A stretch of 64,000 nt of DNA from an uncultured Lachnospiraceae bacterium (GTDB lineage Bacteria > Bacillota > Clostridia > Lachnospirales > Lachnospiraceae): the NCBI GenBank assembly GCA_964591945.1, contig CAZQBM010000002.1:6550-70549 (forward strand). The letters run 5' to 3'. Both the position numbers and the translations under genes were made by a program. Shown here in pieces: positions 59,601 to 64,000 of this stretch; within the stretch, counting starts at the first letter, position 1, and the number at the start of each line of letters is the position of its first letter. Below the pieces are notes generated by a model. It saw nothing but the letters and a program-made list of their open reading frames with translations. It was not told where the DNA came from and made no database searches.

Positions 59601-59758
59601 TCCACACGCTCGCCTTTGGTGGCAAAAAACAGGTAATTCTCTTTTACAAGTCTTGAATCCAGTACCGCCCCTGCTATTTCAGTTGCAGCATCGGCACCGT
59701 TTAAAACCAACTCACCGCCGCACGCCTTGGCAATGTTTTCAAAGGTCATATTTTTCAT
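56657..59758 (-). CDS. murF: UDP-MurNAc-tripeptide:D-Ala-D-Ala ligase fused to an acidic linker, TM helix and large beta-rich extracellular domain
   Basis: DSR, GERVDGH, ITGSVGKTSTKE, GNFNNEVG.P, DCYNANP.SM, GDM.ELG, KASHG in the first ~455 aa; frame continues to 1033 aa. Confidence 0.88.
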   Translation of the reverse strand: MKNMTFENIAKACGGELVLNGADAATEIAGAVLDSRLVKENYLFFATKGERVDGHNYIAKAFELGAVIAVCEHIPEGVEGTFIVVKDTFTALKQIAKFYRESLDIKVVGITGSVGKTSTKEFIASVLARKYKVLKTEGNFNNEVGLPLTVLKLRDEHEVAVLEMGISDFGEMTRLSEIAQPDVCVITNIGQCHLEQLGDRDGVLKAKTEVFANLKEGGTACLFADDDKLAGIAEVNGKKPVFYGMDENAEVYASNVVNKGLFGSECVIHAGDMKIEAEIPLPGKHMVYNALAATAVGKTMGLNAEEIEKGIRSVEAVSGRSHLIQTSEYTLIDDCYNANPVSMKAAIDLLGEANTRKVAILGDMFELGENEKALHRGVGEYAAKQNVDALICVGTLSEEMYQGAVECENKKDAMELYHFATPEDCKNEVAGLLKQGDAVLIKASHGMHFTELVEFLTQENEPTCEAGGESEVQTEEIENEDKVVNSKTSEVQETMEEIKKDNEAVEEAYSKAVEEVKNNNKTVLPIEDEVAAKDDNLKWYQKHKKAVIISIIVVAVLIIGCVIGLIAYHNHYQSLTRGILFYQDNGCVMTEKAIFQDVAYSAQANSWNFNEKGENNDENPAVVTTDGKYVYWAQNINGNTFDLYCAKKGSKKITLICQSVTDYEVADKGEVYFASNGSFYLYLVKDGTIQNLCNGVTTFRLNAKKDKALILNESDGQLATIELESTANITILETGVTKVIEADDAFKTVVYEKEDGLYMVTAKSGEKVLIGKDYTECYVYNIDKKCEVYYLTDARGLYYYKEGAKETKLVTTDAWRCQGADSENAMFFVAVGPISEQCVYRLVVDGEAIEMRDVYPMDVKDEIYFDTTAKKAYFVGYADDNDTVGTLYTMGYQMLDKGKVEVIDNNVVSIEYMEHNEMYIGKDAGNGTVDLYYNSTLVARNIIANSTSLTADGRGVVFAYQVADENGDRMLAFYDGEVLTDIGSCAGDNYCAVSGKEIYFMQYGDAGFDVLKFNGRKVKEQLKDVDNYNFLFY

Positions 59759-59843
59759 GGCGTTTTCCTTTCCGATTAATAACTTTTATTTCAGGAAATC
59801 AATGCCGTAACACTTGTTTTGCACGGACTTATTTCATTTCTTC

Positions 59844-60884
59844 CTATCGATACTTCTTTAATGAAATCTCAATAATATGCTCACAAAGCGACGCATAATC
59901 CATACCTTCCGCTGCTGCCTCCTGGGGCAAAAGTGAAGTCGGTGTCATACCGGGCAATGTATTTGCTTCAAGGCAATAAACGTTCTCATCAGCGTCCGCC
60001 ATAAAATCAATGCGGGCATAGGTCTGCAGGTGAAGTACCTTGTAAGCAAGTTCTGCCGCCTGCTGGATTTTATCCCTTAAGGAATCCGAAATATTTGCAG
60101 GGCAGGTTTCAATTGTGCTGCCAGCCTGGTATTTATTTTTATAATCATAAAAGCCTTCCACAGGCGCAATTTCCACTACAGGCAACGCTCTTCCTTCAAG
60201 AAGTCCGCAGGTGAATTCCCGGCCCTTAATAAACTGTTCCAAAAGCACCTTGTCTTCGTACTGGAATGCTTCATTGGCGGTCTGCAGAAGTTCATCCTTG
60301 TTCTGCACCATATAAACACCGACGCTGGAACCGCCACGGGATACCTTTAACACCAGGGGGTAACCAATGGTCTCTGCCATGGAACGCACATCTTCGCCCT
60401 TATAAACAGTCACAGACTTAGGGGTAGGCACGTTGTACATCAGGAAATATTCCTTGGTAATGGCCTTATCCATACAGATTGCGCTACTTAAATAATCAGT
60501 TCCCGTATATTTGATGCCCATCAGGTCAAATGCCGCCTGAATTCTTCCGTCTTCGCCGTTGGCACCATGAAGGGCCATAAAAACAATATCCGAACGTTTA
60601 CAGATTTCACAAACATTCTTGCCGAAGAAATCCGTATCACCTTTCTTTAAAGCTTTCAATTCATCCATGGTAGGGTTCTTTTCGCTGACCGCCTTCATAC
60701 CCTCTGCCCAATCTCTTGTATCATCAAAAATCACATCAAGATTATCGTACTCCACACCCAGATATACATCCAAAAGTACAACCTGGTGTCCCTTTGATTT
60801 CAGTGCACGATAAACTCCTGTACCGGAAACCAGTGACACATCTCTTTCCGTACTGTTTCCGCCGGCTACAACCGTGATTTTCAT
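59844..60884 (-). CDS. ddl: D-alanine--D-alanine ligase
   Basis: GG.S.ERDVSL.SG, LHG..GEDG, GSSVG, YDYKNKY, EANTLPGMT..SLLP. Confidence 0.95.
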   Translation of the reverse strand: MKITVVAGGNSTERDVSLVSGTGVYRALKSKGHQVVLLDVYLGVEYDNLDVIFDDTRDWAEGMKAVSEKNPTMDELKALKKGDTDFFGKNVCEICKRSDIVFMALHGANGEDGRIQAAFDLMGIKYTGTDYLSSAICMDKAITKEYFLMYNVPTPKSVTVYKGEDVRSMAETIGYPLVLKVSRGGSSVGVYMVQNKDELLQTANEAFQYEDKVLLEQFIKGREFTCGLLEGRALPVVEIAPVEGFYDYKNKYQAGSTIETCPANISDSLRDKIQQAAELAYKVLHLQTYARIDFMADADENVYCLEANTLPGMTPTSLLPQEAAAEGMDYASLCEHIIEISLKKYR

Positions 60885-61141
60885 AGCATCCTCCGTTCTG
60901 CGCTCGCGCGCATATCCATTATTATAAAATATTCCGTCAGCCATAGCTTTTGTGCCTGCACAAAGCCATACTTTACACATTTTATCACATCATATAATTA
61001 TATCCTTTTATGTAGGTAAATTCAAGGTTATGTTCGGCATTCTGCCGCATAATGTTTTCTTGCTTCTCCCCCTAAATAAATTGCTTTTCTGTACAAAAAG
61101 GGGTATTATATACAATAATATGTTTTTTGGGGGACATACTG

Positions 61142-62593
61142 ATGGACAGACAGAATCTGACACTTATGACTGACCTTTACGAGCTCACTATGATGCAGGG
61201 TTATTTTAAGAGTAAAAATGATAAAACCGTGGTTTTTGATATGTTTTACCGCACCAACCCTTCCGGTGGCGGTTACGCCATTGCCGCAGGTTTAGAACAG
61301 GTCATTCAATACATCAAAGAATTAAAATTTGAGAAAGAAGATATCGACTATCTTGCAAGCCTTGGTATTTTTGAGCAGGACTTCCTGGATTACTTAAGCA
61401 CCTTCCGTTTCACCGGTGATATCTATGCCATTCCCGAAGGAACGGTTGTATTTCCAAGAGAACCGCTTCTTAAGGTAATTGCGCCCATTATGGAAGCTCA
61501 GCTTGTGGAAACTGCAATTTTAAATATTATCAATCACCAGAGTCTGATTGCCACCAAGGCTTCCCGCGTAGCTTATGCTGCCCAGGGTGACGGCATTATG
61601 GAATTTGGTTTGAGACGTGCACAGGGCCCTGATGCGGGTACCTATGGTGCAAGAGCTGCCATGATTGGCGGTTGTGTCGGCACATCTAACGTCCTCTGCG
61701 GACAGTTGTTTGACGTTCCCGTGAAAGGAACTCACGCCCACAGTTGGATTATGAGTTTCGACGACGAATATACTGCTTTTAAAACCTATGCAAACCTCTA
61801 TCCCAACGCTTGCATCCTTTTGGTGGATACCTATGACACCTTAAAATCCGGCGTGCCTAACGCCATCCGCGTCTTTCGCGAAATGCGCGACGCAGGTATT
61901 AAGCTTGGCTACTACGGCATTCGTTTGGATAGCGGCGACCTTGCCTATATGTCTAAGAAAGCCCGTAAAATGTTGGATGAAGCAGGTTTCCCTGATGCAG
62001 TCATTTCCGCATCCAGCGACTTAGACGAATACTTGATTGAAAGTTTGAAATTACAGGGCGCCAAAATTACCTCCTGGGGCGTAGGTACTAACCTGATTAC
62101 CTCTGCTGACAACCCTGCTTTCGGCGGTGTTTACAAACTTGCTGCCATCCGCGATGACAACGGCAAGTACATTCCCAAGATTAAGTTATCCGAAAACTCT
62201 GCCAAGGTAACCAACCCCGGAAATAAAACGGTTTATCGTATTTACGAGAAGGAAACCGGTAAGATTAAGGCAGACTTAATTTGTCTTGCAGATGAGAAAT
62301 ATACCGAAGAGGATTTTATCCTTTTATTCGACCCGAACGAACCTTGGAAGAAGACTAAAATGAAACCCGGCACTTTTACGATTAAGGAATTGCTGGTGCC
62401 CATTTTTATAAAAGGCGAGTGTGTTTATACCTCACCCTCTGTTATGGAAATCAGAGATTACTGCTTAAAAGATCAGGATACCATGTGGGACGAAACCAGA
62501 CGTTTCGCAAATCCTCACGAAGTGTATGTTGACCTTTCAAGCAAGTTATATGACATTAAGATTTCATTGTTGGATGAAATGAGTAAGGATTGA
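61142..62593 (+). CDS. pncB: Nicotinate phosphoribosyltransferase
   Basis: TDLYELTM, EFGLRRAQG, GTHAHSW, LVDTYD, RLDSGDL, GVYKL. Confidence 0.96.
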   Translation: MDRQNLTLMTDLYELTMMQGYFKSKNDKTVVFDMFYRTNPSGGGYAIAAGLEQVIQYIKELKFEKEDIDYLASLGIFEQDFLDYLSTFRFTGDIYAIPEGTVVFPREPLLKVIAPIMEAQLVETAILNIINHQSLIATKASRVAYAAQGDGIMEFGLRRAQGPDAGTYGARAAMIGGCVGTSNVLCGQLFDVPVKGTHAHSWIMSFDDEYTAFKTYANLYPNACILLVDTYDTLKSGVPNAIRVFREMRDAGIKLGYYGIRLDSGDLAYMSKKARKMLDEAGFPDAVISASSDLDEYLIESLKLQGAKITSWGVGTNLITSADNPAFGGVYKLAAIRDDNGKYIPKIKLSENSAKVTNPGNKTVYRIYEKETGKIKADLICLADEKYTEEDFILLFDPNEPWKKTKMKPGTFTIKELLVPIFIKGECVYTSPSVMEIRDYCLKDQDTMWDETRRFANPHEVYVDLSSKLYDIKISLLDEMSKD

Positions 62594-62615
62594 ATATAAT
62601 GATTGCATTTTACAC

Positions 62616-62649
62616 AAAAAGCATTTATCGTCATCGATAAATGCTTTTT
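62616..62649 (+). terminator. Terminator of pncB
   Basis: AAAAAGCATTTATCG-TCAT-CGATAAATGCTTTTT. Confidence 0.8.
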
Positions 62650-62658
62650 ATGTTTAGT

Positions 62659-62871
62659 GCTCAAGTAAATTGAGCATCAATTTTTTTCACTACAGCAAGG
62701 ATATTATTGTTCCATAAGGAACCGTGTGAAAGCATCGGTACTTAACGAGTGCAAATGCAATGCTGCACGAGTTTAATATCCGCTATGTTTTCACTCGAGC
62801 GAGAGCGCGTTCCGTTGGAATATATAATACTCCTTGCGTCTTATACCTTTACTCGCTCAATTTACTTGAGC
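62659..62871. repeat. MITE-like element with 17-bp terminal inverted repeats
   Basis: GCTCAAGTAAATTGAGC (62659-62675) / GCTCAATTTACTTGAGC (62855-62871); inner arms GCAAGGATATTAT..TTCCA / TGGAA..ATAATACTCCTTGC. Confidence 0.65.
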
Positions 62872-62873
62872 CC

Positions 62874-64000
62874 CTACTCTTCTTTTCTTAAATACGCAAT
62901 AAAGTTATTTCCGTTCTCCTCAAAGAACTCCTTCGAATCATTCATACCCACCTTATAGACTCTTCCGTTCTCAGGATTCATCCACACGGTATTCAAGTCA
63001 TTAAATCCTACAATCAGTACCGCCTCGCCGTCATCGCCGATAAACAACACCGGAATATCCTGATTTACGTAGTAGAGTACGGAATCCAGACTACAGCCCT
63101 GCAGCTCCAGAATCTCTGCGCCGGGCATTGCCTCTTCGAGAATCTCCACTGCACTGTAATCCCGATCCAACAAAGCCTGCGCATCTCTTGAATAGCCTTC
63201 ATAAGAAAGTATGGTCTCCAAACACACTGCCAGAGATGACGTCTCATCATCCACTTTGGTGCCGGTAATTTTCATAATCTGGTTACGGCTTACAAGATTC
63301 CCTTTTATCCATACGTAGTCGCCGTCGGCATTGATGACACTTCCTGCCACGGGATATGCCTCGCGGATTGCAGCTCCCGGATTGGTATATACGCCCGATA
63401 TTCCGCCACCGCTATACACATAATAGGTATTTTCCTGGGGCGCGATGTCCAGAACAATGTTTCTTTCGCCTTCGTACAGAACTTCCTCAGGCACCATAAA
63501 CTTAATGGAACTGTCTTCCATCTCGGAACGCATTACAATCTGGACGATTTTTTTATAGCTTTCGGTAGCAACCACTTCAATGCTGTTCTTACCGACCTCT
63601 TCCACTTCGTTATTTAGAATCGTGCCCGCTGCAGTATCCGTAAAACCAACGCCGTCACGGTCTCTTTTGACCTGCTGCAAAGTAATCATATTGTCCTGAA
63701 TTTCACAGCCCGTCACGTAACGGCCTTCTTCGCCGTAGGTTTTTAAGATATCACCCTTTTGGTTACGGATGTAAACCGTATGCATGGGGAAGGTTGTATT
63801 GCCCGTACTGTCCGTATAGATATCTTCCAAATTGGCAATGCCGTAAATCAAATCATTGCCCATAAAACCTAAGGGCAACACGCGCTCATTCTCTTCCACA
63901 CGAATCAACGAACGCTTACCGCCGTCAAGACTCATCAGCAACATTTCCCTGGAATTATAGGTATTGTTGCCGGCCTGCCATACAAGCATGGTATTATTAT
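62874..64000 (-). CDS. C-terminal part of a large hypothetical protein (5' end outside the window)
   Basis: Frame open to the window edge; C-terminal degenerate papain/C39-like pattern (YVNQDIPV..AVLIVGF..NP). Confidence 0.7.
   Translation of the reverse strand, partial: NNTMLVWQAGNNTYNSREMLLMSLDGGKRSLIRVEENERVLPLGFMGNDLIYGIANLEDIYTDSTGNTTFPMHTVYIRNQKGDILKTYGEEGRYVTGCEIQDNMITLQQVKRDRDGVGFTDTAAGTILNNEVEEVGKNSIEVVATESYKKIVQIVMRSEMEDSSIKFMVPEEVLYEGERNIVLDIAPQENTYYVYSGGGISGVYTNPGAAIREAYPVAGSVINADGDYVWIKGNLVSRNQIMKITGTKVDDETSSLAVCLETILSYEGYSRDAQALLDRDYSAVEILEEAMPGAEILELQGCSLDSVLYYVNQDIPVLFIGDDGEAVLIVGFNDLNTVWMNPENGRVYKVGMNDSKEFFEENGNNFIAYLRKEE

Noticed and set aside
13290-63250. Numerous antisense or alternate-frame ORFs in the track (e.g. 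13290-13868, 33063-33524, 46352-46930, 51073-51609, 58415-59149)
   Set aside because: Shadows of well-supported genes on the opposite strand, with no motifs or RBS

Overview
64-kb window from a low-GC, spore-forming, flagellated Clostridia genome (Lachnospiraceae-like, judged from spoIIID, a SipL-like coat gene, a sigma-28 promoter and gene content). Bases ~1983-11305 form a complete ~9.3-kb integrative mobilizable element inserted in the 3' end of guaA. It is bounded by a 13-bp direct repeat, has arm-type sites at both ends, and carries a tyrosine integrase, Xis, MobC, TnpV, a MOBV relaxase with oriT and a three-operator switch. Its cargo is defence-related: a type II R-M pair, a DUF262 protein and AbiH. 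A HEPN-motif gene lies just outside it. Next come hicAB and an OmpR/HssRS-like two-component locus. The best candidate for an undescribed system is 17139-25399: a protein fusing a sigma-70 region-2 domain to a wHTH-WYL-WCX regulator sits upstream of three different metallophosphoesterases, an LRR-like protein and two pairs of related hypothetical genes. The remainder is mostly housekeeping (GH13, SPFH, MATE/AraC, 2-oxoacid:ferredoxin oxidoreductase, ispE, pyrC/K/D, ddl, pncB). Oddities there include a MurF fused to a transmembrane plus extracellular domain, a [FeFe]-hydrogenase-MCP fusion and several MITE/REP-like palindromes. No rRNA, tRNA or CRISPR array was seen. All family assignments come from motifs recognised by eye, not from database searches.
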